From: Ruminococcus sp.
Lineage (GTDB): Bacteria > Bacillota > Clostridia > Oscillospirales > Ruminococcaceae
DNA: 64,000 nucleotides
NCBI GenBank assembly: GCA_015066865.1
Contig: SVNQ01000006.1
Span: 6,895 to 70,894, forward strand
Direction: 5' to 3'
Every line of letters begins with the position of its first letter. Positions within the stretch are counted from its first letter, which is position 1. Below are positions 29,188 to 36,952 of this stretch, piece after piece. The position numbers and the translations under genes were made by a program. A model generated the notes under the pieces. That model made no database searches. It was not told the DNA's origin and saw nothing but the letters and a program-made list of their open reading frames with translations.

Positions 29188-29862
29188 TTAATCCAATTCG
29201 TAAATCTGCTGATAAATATCCTGCATTTTCATATCCGTCAGGGCGATGGTTTCTGCACAGTCCCGCAATTCCTGCTTCAGCGCAGGCGGAACGATACTTC
29301 CCGTTTTATAATGCAGCTGATGTTCCAATGCAGCCCAGAAATCCATGGCAATCGTGCGGATCTGAATCTCCACGGGAACACGTTTTTTCACGGTGGACAT
29401 GTACACCGGAACTGTCAGTACCATGTGGAAGCTGCGGTAACCGCTGGGCTTGGGATTTTTGATATAATCCTTCACCTTTACAAGCTGCATCTCGTCGTGC
29501 CGGGTCAGAAGTTCCGCAATAGCATATATGTCGTCTATGTAATAGCAGATCACACGGACTCCTGCAATGTCCATCAAATGCTGCTCAGCAGATTTTGCAG
29601 AAACGGGATGCCCCTTTCTCTGGAGCTTTTCTACAATGCTCTGCGGAGATTTGATGCGGCTTTCGATGCTGTGGATCGGATTACGCTGGAATTTCATACT
29701 AAATTCATTGTCATAAATATTCAGTTGCGTCTTAACAATTTCTGCCGCGGACTCATACAAATGCTCCAGCTCCAGAAATTCATAGAATGCGGTCATGATC
29801 TGCTCGCGCTGTGCCGGAACGATCTGTTCAATCGTATCCAGATAAAAATTCTTTTCATCCAT
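29188..29862 (-). CDS. Small alarmone synthetase (RelQ/YjbM-type GTP pyrophosphokinase)
   Basis: 224 aa single RelA/SpoT synthetase domain (SRIKSPQSIVEKL, DIAGVRVI, GYRSFH, EIQIRTIAMDFWA). Confidence 0.85.
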   Translation of the reverse strand: MDEKNFYLDTIEQIVPAQREQIMTAFYEFLELEHLYESAAEIVKTQLNIYDNEFSMKFQRNPIHSIESRIKSPQSIVEKLQRKGHPVSAKSAEQHLMDIAGVRVICYYIDDIYAIAELLTRHDEMQLVKVKDYIKNPKPSGYRSFHMVLTVPVYMSTVKKRVPVEIQIRTIAMDFWAALEHQLHYKTGSIVPPALKQELRDCAETIALTDMKMQDIYQQIYELD

Positions 29863-30050
29863 GTCTGCACCTGCTTTCTGTTCCGTAGTTCGACGATTTC
29901 TCTATTGCATTATTATACCATACTCTTTCTACTGTTTCAAGCGTTTTTGCACAAATTTCATAATGTTTTTCATTTATTTTCACTAAATTTTCTTTTTTGA
30001 AAATGTGTCCGCACCCAAATTTACAAACTTGATTTCCATTCTGCATAACA

Positions 30051-30079
30051 TTGACATCGTCTTGAATATCTGATATACT
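30051..30079 (+). promoter_or_regulatory. Promoter of the HAD phosphatase gene
   Basis: TTGACA, 17 nt spacer, TATACT. Confidence 0.55.
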
Positions 30080-30116
30080 GAAAACGTAATCTTATCCAAA
30101 AACAAGGAGCTTGCAT

Positions 30117-30770
30117 ATGAAATACAAACTTGCAATCTTTGATCTGGACGGTACGATCCTCGACACGATTGAGGACTTGACCGACAGTGTAAATTTCTCG
30201 CTGAAAGAATGCGGCTATCCCATCCGCACCATCACTGAAATCCGCAGCTTTGTCGGAAACGGCATCCGAAAGCTCATTGAGCGCAGCCTGCCACCCGGCA
30301 TTCCGGAATCGGAAATCGATCGTGTACACGGGATCTTTGCTCCCTATTACAAGGAACACTGCAATGTCAAAACACGTGCCTATGACGGAACCCATGAGCT
30401 TTTGAGAACGCTTCGTGAAAACGGCATAAAAACAGCGGTGCTTTCCAACAAGGCAGATTTTGCGGTACAGCCATTGATTCGCCAATACTTTGATGGACTG
30501 TTTGACATGGCGCTCGGTGAACGTGCGGGCGTGCCGAGAAAGCCGGCACCGGATGGTATCTATGATATTCTGGAGCATTTTCAGGCAGAGAAATCAGATG
30601 CAGTTTACATTGGTGATTCCAATGTGGATATTGAAACAGCCCGCAATGCCGGCATCCCCTGCATCAGTGTGGACTGGGGGTTCCGTGACAGAAGCCATCT
30701 TCTGGAATGGGGGGCAGAAACAATTGTTTCGTGCCCGATGGAGATTGCTGCATTGCTTTTCAATCTCTAA
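30117..30770 (+). CDS. HAD-family phosphatase (phosphoglycolate phosphatase-like)
   Basis: AIFDLDGTILDT, SNK and GDSNVDIETARNAG are HAD motifs I-III. ATG at 30117 follows AAGGAG. Confidence 0.85.
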   Translation: MKYKLAIFDLDGTILDTIEDLTDSVNFSLKECGYPIRTITEIRSFVGNGIRKLIERSLPPGIPESEIDRVHGIFAPYYKEHCNVKTRAYDGTHELLRTLRENGIKTAVLSNKADFAVQPLIRQYFDGLFDMALGERAGVPRKPAPDGIYDILEHFQAEKSDAVYIGDSNVDIETARNAGIPCISVDWGFRDRSHLLEWGAETIVSCPMEIAALLFNL

Positions 30771-30848
30771 AATAGTAAATTTAAGTTACTTTAGTAAATT
30801 TATGTAAATAAAACAAGTTTTATATAGATAATTTGTGCATTTCATGTA

Positions 30849-30877
30849 TTGACACCGCTGTAAAAACATGGTATAAT
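30849..30877 (+). promoter_or_regulatory. Promoter of the repeat-containing lipoprotein gene
   Basis: TTGACA, 17 nt spacer, TATAAT, with TGG just upstream of the -10. Confidence 0.6.
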
Positions 30878-30959
30878 AGCCCCATGATGTAAATCACATT
30901 TACACTTCGACCGATTGCATCAATCAATAAACATTATTTTAGAAAATGAGGTAATCAAA

Positions 30960-31778
30960 ATGAAACAGAGATTTATTTGGGCTAGTATTCTTTCCATGGC
31001 AATGCTTATGACTGGATGTGGTTCGCTTCCTGAATCTTCTAACAGCAATGAAGCTACAACCACAGCCGCTTCGGTAGAAAACACGGAGACAACTACCGAG
31101 AAAGCCAAAGAAACCGCTGAGAACGACGAGTCTTCTGAGAGCGACGAGTCAACAGAGAACGACGAGTCTTCTGAGAGCGGCGAGTCAACAGAGAGCGGCG
31201 AGTCAACAGAGAGCGGCGAGTCTTCTGAGAGCGGCGAGTCTTCTGAGAGCGGCGAGTCAACAGAGAGCGGCGAAGCTACTGAAGGTGACGAAGCCGCACA
31301 GGTACAAGCTGCCATTGATGGCTACATCAAGGCAATTGAAGAAGCAGATTACACAAATATCGTCAAGTACTATGACATTGAGCTTCTGAAGTACATGGCA
31401 ACCGGTAAACAGTACACCGAGGATGAACTGATTACTGAGCTGCAGCGTATGACGGACAGTGGCGAGCTGGCAGTAGGTCCTATGAATGCTGAGCTTGGCA
31501 AGCCTGAATGTCTTAATTCCGAGGCACAGAAGTACAATGATTTTCTGGCAAGCGATATGCTGGCAGAAATCGAAAATGAAAATGGTGAAACTGTTAAACT
31601 CAATCTTGCAGAAAACTACAAGATTGACGGTGTTTACACATTCAGATATTCCGCAGCTTCTTCTGGCATGAGTGTCGATATGGACATGACTGTCCTTCGC
31701 ATTAACGGCGAATGGAAGGTCGATTCAGCTCTGACAATGACCATGGCTATGGCGGAGGCATTCGGATCTCTGGCGTAA
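30960..31778 (+). CDS. Lipoprotein with Ser/Glu-rich tandem repeat linker and NTF2-like C-terminal domain
   Basis: Signal peptide plus lipobox LMTGC. (E[NS][DG]ES[ST])n repeats. Globular C-terminal domain. Confidence 0.7.
   Translation: MKQRFIWASILSMAMLMTGCGSLPESSNSNEATTTAASVENTETTTEKAKETAENDESSESDESTENDESSESGESTESGESTESGESSESGESSESGESTESGEATEGDEAAQVQAAIDGYIKAIEEADYTNIVKYYDIELLKYMATGKQYTEDELITELQRMTDSGELAVGPMNAELGKPECLNSEAQKYNDFLASDMLAEIENENGETVKLNLAENYKIDGVYTFRYSAASSGMSVDMDMTVLRINGEWKVDSALTMTMAMAEAFGSLA
31119..31280 (+). repeat. Nine tandem copies of an 18-bp in-frame repeat (GAGAGCGGCGAGTCWWCW)
   Basis: Units gagaacgacgagtcttct / gagagcggcgagtcaaca alternate, several identical, encoding ESGES(S/T). 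Confidence 0.9.
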
Positions 31779-31853
31779 GAACTGCTTCATTACAAACAAC
31801 GAAACATTCCTTCCGAACCTGCCCCGCTTATGCGGGGCAGTTCTATGCATCCA

Positions 31854-31880
31854 AAAAGCCCCGTCATTGACGGGGCTTAA
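31854..31880 (-). terminator. Intrinsic terminator after dapF
   Basis: agccccgtc-attg-acggggct with a U-run on the minus strand. A second hairpin (ctgccccgc-ttat-gcggggcag, 31819-31840) serves the plus-strand lipoprotein gene. Confidence 0.7.
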
Positions 31881-31919
31881 AACAATTCCATCCCATTGCT
31901 TAGGAAAGGCGCGTTACTA

Positions 31920-32789
31920 TTACAGTGCCATGGAAAGCGGAGAAGGGATACCCGAAATATCAATTTCTCCGTCATACACATGTGTAGCAGGACCGGTCAT
32001 CAAAACAGTACCATCGCTGCGATATGTAATCTTCAGATCACCGCCCAGCAGATGCACGGTCACTTCGGTATCGTGCTTGCAGTAGCCGTTCAGAACTGCT
32101 GCTACAACGCATGCACATGCACCCGTACCACAGGCATAGGTTTCGCCGCTGCCACGCTCCCAGACACGCATGTTAAGCGTTTTTTCGTCGATTACCTGCA
32201 AAAATTCCGTGTTGATGCGTTCGGGGAACAGCTCGTGATTTTCAAAATACGGGCCGATTTCCTCAAGCGGAACATCCTTGGGATCATCACAGAATACGAT
32301 GCAGTGGGGATTTCCCATTGAAACGCAAGTCACGCGGTATTCGCTGCCATTTACCTGAATCGGCTGTGCAACGAAGGTTTCTCCTTCCGCTTTGACAGGA
32401 ATTTCCACAGGCTTCAGAATCGCCTTTCCCATGTCCACTGTTGCGGCAACCGCCACCCCGTCATTGATCTCAAGGGTAATGTATTTTATGCCGGACTTGG
32501 TTTCCACGGACAGCTCAGGCTTTGTGACAATGCCATGGTCATAGGCGTATTTGCCGACGCAGCGGATGCCGTTTCCGCACATCATGCCCTCCGAACCATC
32601 CGCATTGAACATACGCATACGGCAGTCCGCAACTTCGGACGGAAGAATCATAATTAGTCCGTCAGAACCGATACCGCAGCGGCGGTCACTGACAAATTTG
32701 GAAACGGAATTCGGATCACCAACAGTTTCCGTAAAACCGTTGACATAAACATAATCATTGCTGATACCGTGCATTTTACTGAATTTCAT
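31920..32789 (-). CDS. dapF: Diaminopimelate epimerase
   Basis: KMHGISNDYVY, the two catalytic Cys contexts (MCGNGIRC, ACGTGACA), 289 aa. Confidence 0.95.
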   Translation of the reverse strand: MKFSKMHGISNDYVYVNGFTETVGDPNSVSKFVSDRRCGIGSDGLIMILPSEVADCRMRMFNADGSEGMMCGNGIRCVGKYAYDHGIVTKPELSVETKSGIKYITLEINDGVAVAATVDMGKAILKPVEIPVKAEGETFVAQPIQVNGSEYRVTCVSMGNPHCIVFCDDPKDVPLEEIGPYFENHELFPERINTEFLQVIDEKTLNMRVWERGSGETYACGTGACACVVAAVLNGYCKHDTEVTVHLLGGDLKITYRSDGTVLMTGPATHVYDGEIDISGIPSPLSMAL

Positions 32790-32862
32790 ACGCTACTCCT
32801 TCACTTTGGCGGATGCCGTTATATTTCACTATGCAATATTATACCGCATCACAGGGGGGAAG

Positions 32863-33033
32863 TCAAGGGATTTGTGAAATTCCCTGTTCCTCCCCTGCTT
32901 CTTCCGCTGTAATCACCGCATCTTCACAGCTATTCATGCACCACCGCAGCTCCTCTGTCAGCTTCTCAAGCGTTTCGATCGCATTGGCAAGGGCTGCTTG
33001 GGATTGGAAATATAATTGTTTGTAGTTCTCCAT
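32863..33033 (-). CDS. Small acidic helical hypothetical protein (56 aa)
   Basis: ATG at 33033 lies 5 nt after GAAGGAGGTG. Divergent from the XRE gene. No family recognised. Confidence 0.4.
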   Translation of the reverse strand: MENYKQLYFQSQAALANAIETLEKLTEELRWCMNSCEDAVITAEEAGEEQGISQIP

Positions 33034-33086
33034 ATTTACACCTCCTTCGGTATACACTTATAAAAGTATATACCAAATCAGGGAAA

Positions 33087-33115
33087 TTGTCAAGTAAGCG
33101 TATATTCGGTATATT
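33087..33115 (+). promoter_or_regulatory. Promoter of the XRE regulator gene
   Basis: TTGTCA, 17 nt spacer, TATATT. Confidence 0.45.
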
Positions 33116-33124
33116 GGATATATA

Positions 33125-33144
33125 TACATATAATTATATATGTA
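33125..33144. promoter_or_regulatory. 8-4-8 inverted repeat, candidate XRE operator
   Basis: TACATATA-ATTA-TATATGTA lies just downstream of the predicted -10 and just upstream of the RBS. Confidence 0.4.
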
Positions 33145-33157
33145 CGGAGGTATATCC

Positions 33158-33367
33158 ATGATTACAATTATGCTTAAAAATCTGCTGGAGCAAAAACAAA
33201 TCACTCGTTATCAGCTTTCCCAAATGACAGAAATCAAATATCAGACACTTGACAATTACTACAAAAATAGGGTCACACGCTATGACGGATACATTCTTTC
33301 CAAGATCTGCAAAGCCCTTGACTGTGAGGTCGGGGATATTCTGCGGTATGATGAAGATGAGAACTAA
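33158..33367 (+). CDS. XRE-family helix-turn-helix transcriptional regulator (69 aa)
   Basis: LKNLLEQKQITRYQLSQMTEIKYQTLDNYYKN...LSKICKALDCEVGDIL is the Cro/C1 HTH pattern. GGAGG RBS. Confidence 0.75.
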   Translation: MITIMLKNLLEQKQITRYQLSQMTEIKYQTLDNYYKNRVTRYDGYILSKICKALDCEVGDILRYDEDEN

Positions 33368-33674
33368 AAAATGCACCGGTTTTCCGGTGCATTTCAGTCT
33401 GTCGAAAAAGTCCCGTCCAGCCAGTGTACCTTGTGGCGCACGGCTGGACTAATTATATGATTATGGGTTGCGCCTTCGGCGCATGTAGGGGGCTGCGCCC
33501 CCTACACCCCCAATAAATATCCAAAAAGCGCTCTGCAAGAGGGCGGGGCAAGGGTGCGGCAGCACCCTCCCTCTTCCCCCTCCCCTTTGGGGAGGGGGTT
33601 AGGGGGTGGGGCAAAATTAAGTGAAATCATACTTTTTTTGACAAGCTGAAATGCACCGGTTTTCCGGTGCATTT
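33368..33674. mobile_element. MITE-like GC-rich structured element flanked by a duplicated terminator hairpin
   Basis: Identical 26-bp copies of aaatgcaccggttttccggtgcattt at 33368-33393 and 33649-33674. Just inside are imperfect inverted repeats ttcagtctgtcgaaaaagt (33393-33411) and actttttttgacaagctgaa (33631-33650). The core is GC-rich with at least 5 short perfect hairpins. Confidence 0.6.
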
Positions 33675-33679
33675 TTCTT

Positions 33680-34537
33680 TTAATCAAACCCATTCTGCTT
33701 CTTCATGGCAGTCAGGGTATTCTTCATCAGCATTGCAATGGTCATCGGGCCAGCGCCGCCGGGAACGGGCGTGATCCATGATGCCTTCGGTTCTACTGCT
33801 TCGAAATCAACGTCACCGCAAAGCTTGCCGTTGTCCAGACGATTGATGCCAACGTCAATAACAACCGCACCCTCCTTGACCATATCGGCAGTTACAAAAT
33901 TAGCTCTGCCAACGGCTGCAACGAGAATGTCAGCCTCACGGGTCACGGACGGCAGATCCTGTGTTCTGCTGTGGCAAATGGTCACCGTACCGCTTCTGTG
34001 CAGCAGGAGCATTGCCATGGGCTTGCCCACGATGTTGCTTCTGCCGATCACAACGCATTTTTTACCGGAAATTTCCACGCCTGTGGAATCAATCAGTTCC
34101 ATCACGCCTGCCGGTGTGCAGGGCAGGAATGCATAGTCACCGATCATGATCTGACCAACATTCTCGGGATGGAATGCGTCAACATCCTTTGCAGGAGAAA
34201 TCGCATTGATGATCGCTGTGTCGTCGATATGCTTCGGAACGGGCAGCTGCACAAGAATACCGTTTACCTTCGGGTCATTGTTCAGTGTTTCCACCAATTC
34301 CAGCAGCTCCTCCTGTGTCGTTTCCTCGGGGAGTGCATACTCAAAGGACTGGAAGCCCACAGCTTCGCATGCCTTCTTCTTGTTGTTTACATACACACGG
34401 GATGCGGGATCATTGCCCACAATTACCACTGCAAGCCCTGCCTTTACGCCGTGCTTTTCATACAGTGCCTGTGCTTCCTCACGCACCTGTTCCTTTACCT
34501 GTGCGGAAATTACCTTGCCGTCAATCAGTTTAGCCAT
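33680..34537 (-). CDS. folD: Bifunctional methylenetetrahydrofolate dehydrogenase/cyclohydrolase
   Basis: MAKLIDGKVISAQV..., VGNDPASRVYV, GRSNIVGKP and PGGAGPMT. ATG at 34537 with an AGGAGG RBS. The longer ORF extension overlaps lgt. Confidence 0.95.
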   Translation of the reverse strand: MAKLIDGKVISAQVKEQVREEAQALYEKHGVKAGLAVVIVGNDPASRVYVNNKKKACEAVGFQSFEYALPEETTQEELLELVETLNNDPKVNGILVQLPVPKHIDDTAIINAISPAKDVDAFHPENVGQIMIGDYAFLPCTPAGVMELIDSTGVEISGKKCVVIGRSNIVGKPMAMLLLHRSGTVTICHSRTQDLPSVTREADILVAAVGRANFVTADMVKEGAVVIDVGINRLDNGKLCGDVDFEAVEPKASWITPVPGGAGPMTIAMLMKNTLTAMKKQNGFD

Positions 34538-35654
34538 TGTTTTCGTCCTCCTGTTTATCCTCTGCGGTTTCTGCAGTTGTTTCCTCAGCTGATTCTTCTG
34601 TTTCAGCCGCAGTATTTTCATTGTCATCCTCCGGAATGATCTGTGCTTCCGGTTGTGATCCTTCCTTTTTTGCCTTGCGTTCAGCTTTCTTACGGTATGC
34701 TTCTTCTGCTCTTGCATCTGCCTCTGCCAACAGTTCCTTGGATTCCTTGGAATCGCAGTACAGCACATAATCCCTGCCCATACGCTTTACCTTAGAACCA
34801 AAAACGATAAGCAGGACAATGGATGCCACCACGCAAAGTGCTGCCAGCGCCTGTGAAACACGCAGTGTGCCGATCATCAGACTGTCGGTACGAAGACCCT
34901 CAATAAAGAATCGTCCCAAACCATACCAACCAATGTACATCAGGAATATCTGTCCGTCAAACTTGCGCCACTTCTTCAGTGCAATGGCAAGCAGTACAAA
35001 TCCGAGCAGACACCATACTGATTCATACAAAAAGCAGGGATGTACGGGATATGCTGCACTGAGTGAGTTGTCTCCGAGCGCAGTATAATTCTGCTCGATC
35101 CAATACTGGATCCTTCCGCCCGTCATGCAGAACGGATTATCGGTATTTGCACCAAACGCTTCCTGATTGATAAAATTGCCCCATCTGCCGACACCCTGTC
35201 CGATCAGAAAGCACACGCCTACAATATCGAGCATCGGAAAAAGACGTACTTTACGGATTTTGGCTACAATACCGCCGATCAGCAGCGCACCGATAATTCC
35301 GCCGTAAATGGCAAGTCCGCCGCTGCGGGTGTTAAAAATGGAAATCAGATCTCCCGAAAACTCATCCCAGTTGAAAATCACATAGTAAGCCCTTGCACCG
35401 ATAAGACCGCCGATGATGCCGCCAATGACTGCATCAATGGCTCTGTCAGAATCAATGCCAAGACTGCGCATATTGCGGAATCCGAACAGCATTGCCAGCA
35501 GCAAGCCGATTGTAATAATAATGCCGTACCACTGGATCTCTACACCGAAAACCGTAAATGCGGTGGGATTGATCGTCACATCAATCCCAAGATTCGGAAA
35601 TACTATTTGATTATAATCAAGGTTTCCACATCCAAGTTCTTCTACTGTTGTCAT
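34530..35654 (-). CDS. lgt: Prolipoprotein diacylglyceryl transferase with long charged C-terminal extension
   Basis: Lgt core motifs (GGLAIYGGIIG, GRWGNFINQEAFG, GLRTDSL). About 90 extra C-terminal residues rich in Lys and Glu. The ATG at 35654 is best spaced from GGAGG. Confidence 0.9.
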   Translation of the reverse strand: MTTVEELGCGNLDYNQIVFPNLGIDVTINPTAFTVFGVEIQWYGIIITIGLLLAMLFGFRNMRSLGIDSDRAIDAVIGGIIGGLIGARAYYVIFNWDEFSGDLISIFNTRSGGLAIYGGIIGALLIGGIVAKIRKVRLFPMLDIVGVCFLIGQGVGRWGNFINQEAFGANTDNPFCMTGGRIQYWIEQNYTALGDNSLSAAYPVHPCFLYESVWCLLGFVLLAIALKKWRKFDGQIFLMYIGWYGLGRFFIEGLRTDSLMIGTLRVSQALAALCVVASIVLLIVFGSKVKRMGRDYVLYCDSKESKELLAEADARAEEAYRKKAERKAKKEGSQPEAQIIPEDDNENTAAETEESAEETTAETAEDKQEDENNG

Positions 35655-35656
35655 GC

Positions 35657-36952
35657 TCATGCCTCCTGTCCCTGACTTTGTACAACGGAAAGCGTCACAT
35701 TCTCCGTATCAATTTCGTCACGAAGGAACTGCAGCGCATCCTCATAGGTGATCTCTGCCAGTACCGGCATGGAGGAGAAGGGCTTGAGACCACTCATGAA
35801 TGCACCCAGCATCTTTGTGGCATTTGCCTCCACACTTTCACCGCTGCGGATCTTTGCACCATATGCGGTACGGCGGATCAGCTCAAATGCTTCCCTGTCA
35901 AATCCGTTTTCCTTTGCGTCACGGATCACCTCAAGAATGCGGTTAAGCACTGCCTCGGGATCCCGTGATTCGCCGCCGCAGATCATCGCAAAATAGCCAT
36001 TTCCGCTAAAAGGCGCATCCACAGAAAATTCGGAGTTGATCAGACCCTTTTCCGTCATTTCCTGATAGAACGCCGATGATGAATCCAGCAGCGTCTGCAT
36101 GGTCATGAGCGCAAGATATTCTGCCTTTACAAGCTCCAGACCGGAACAGGGCTTCAGTTTGAAACCGATATTGAAGATCGGCGCACCGGTGGGAAGCGTG
36201 TCATGCACGGTCTTCCGAACAACCTCGTAGGGTTCTTCCGGGAACACCTGTTCCAGCCCCTGATTCTCGCAGGGTTTAAGCAGTCTGTCACAGATTTCCA
36301 GAACTTCGTCCGCATTGACATTTCCGGCAACGGAAAGCACCATGTTATGCAGATTGTAGAAGGTGTTATAGCAGCGGTAGAGCAGATCTGCGTCAATTTG
36401 TGCAATGCTGTCGATCGTTCCGGCAATGTCGATCCGAACGGGATGGTTATGATACATACCACGCAAGAGATTAAAGAACACACGCCACGACGGCTCATCG
36501 TCATACATCTGAATTTCCTGTCCGATGATGCCCTGTTCCTTTGCAACGCTCTCCGCTGTGAAATATGGTGCCTGCACAAAGGAAAGCAGGATCTCCAGCG
36601 ACTGTGCAAAATTTTCCGAGCAGTGGAACAGATAGCAGGTTCTGTCAAAAGAGGTATATGCATTGGCATCCGCACCCGTTTTTGCATACTGTGCAAATGC
36701 ATCGCAGTCCTCATTTTCAAAGAGCTTGTGTTCGAGAAAGTGTGCGATTCCCTCCGGAACCACGGCATAATCCTCCTCGCCGCCCAGACGGAACTGGGTG
36801 TTGATGGAACCGTACTTCGTACCGAACAGAGCATGTGCAGTATGATAACCGGGCATTTCCATAATATAGATTTCCAAACCGCTTTCATGCTTCACATGCA
36901 GACAGCTCTCTCCTGTTTTTTCGCATCTGATGGTTTCAATTTCTCTATTCAT
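35657..36952 (-). CDS. M16-family zinc peptidase (catalytic subunit, HxxEH present)
   Basis: 'GIAHFLEHKLFE' is the inverted zincin motif. 431 aa. Confidence 0.85.
   Translation of the reverse strand: MNREIETIRCEKTGESCLHVKHESGLEIYIMEMPGYHTAHALFGTKYGSINTQFRLGGEEDYAVVPEGIAHFLEHKLFENEDCDAFAQYAKTGADANAYTSFDRTCYLFHCSENFAQSLEILLSFVQAPYFTAESVAKEQGIIGQEIQMYDDEPSWRVFFNLLRGMYHNHPVRIDIAGTIDSIAQIDADLLYRCYNTFYNLHNMVLSVAGNVNADEVLEICDRLLKPCENQGLEQVFPEEPYEVVRKTVHDTLPTGAPIFNIGFKLKPCSGLELVKAEYLALMTMQTLLDSSSAFYQEMTEKGLINSEFSVDAPFSGNGYFAMICGGESRDPEAVLNRILEVIRDAKENGFDREAFELIRRTAYGAKIRSGESVEANATKMLGAFMSGLKPFSSMPVLAEITYEDALQFLRDEIDTENVTLSVVQSQGQEA

Noticed and set aside
31119-31280. Regular 18-bp repeats considered as a possible CRISPR array
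   Set aside because: The repeats are contiguous with no spacers, lie in frame within a lipoprotein ORF, and encode a Ser/Glu linker. There are no cas genes nearby.
33502-33693. 63-aa ORF (…PPPNPLPKGEGEEGG…) inside the GC-rich element
   Set aside because: It has no RBS, overlaps the folD stop region, and its sequence is just the translation of G/C hairpin arms. It is treated as non-coding.
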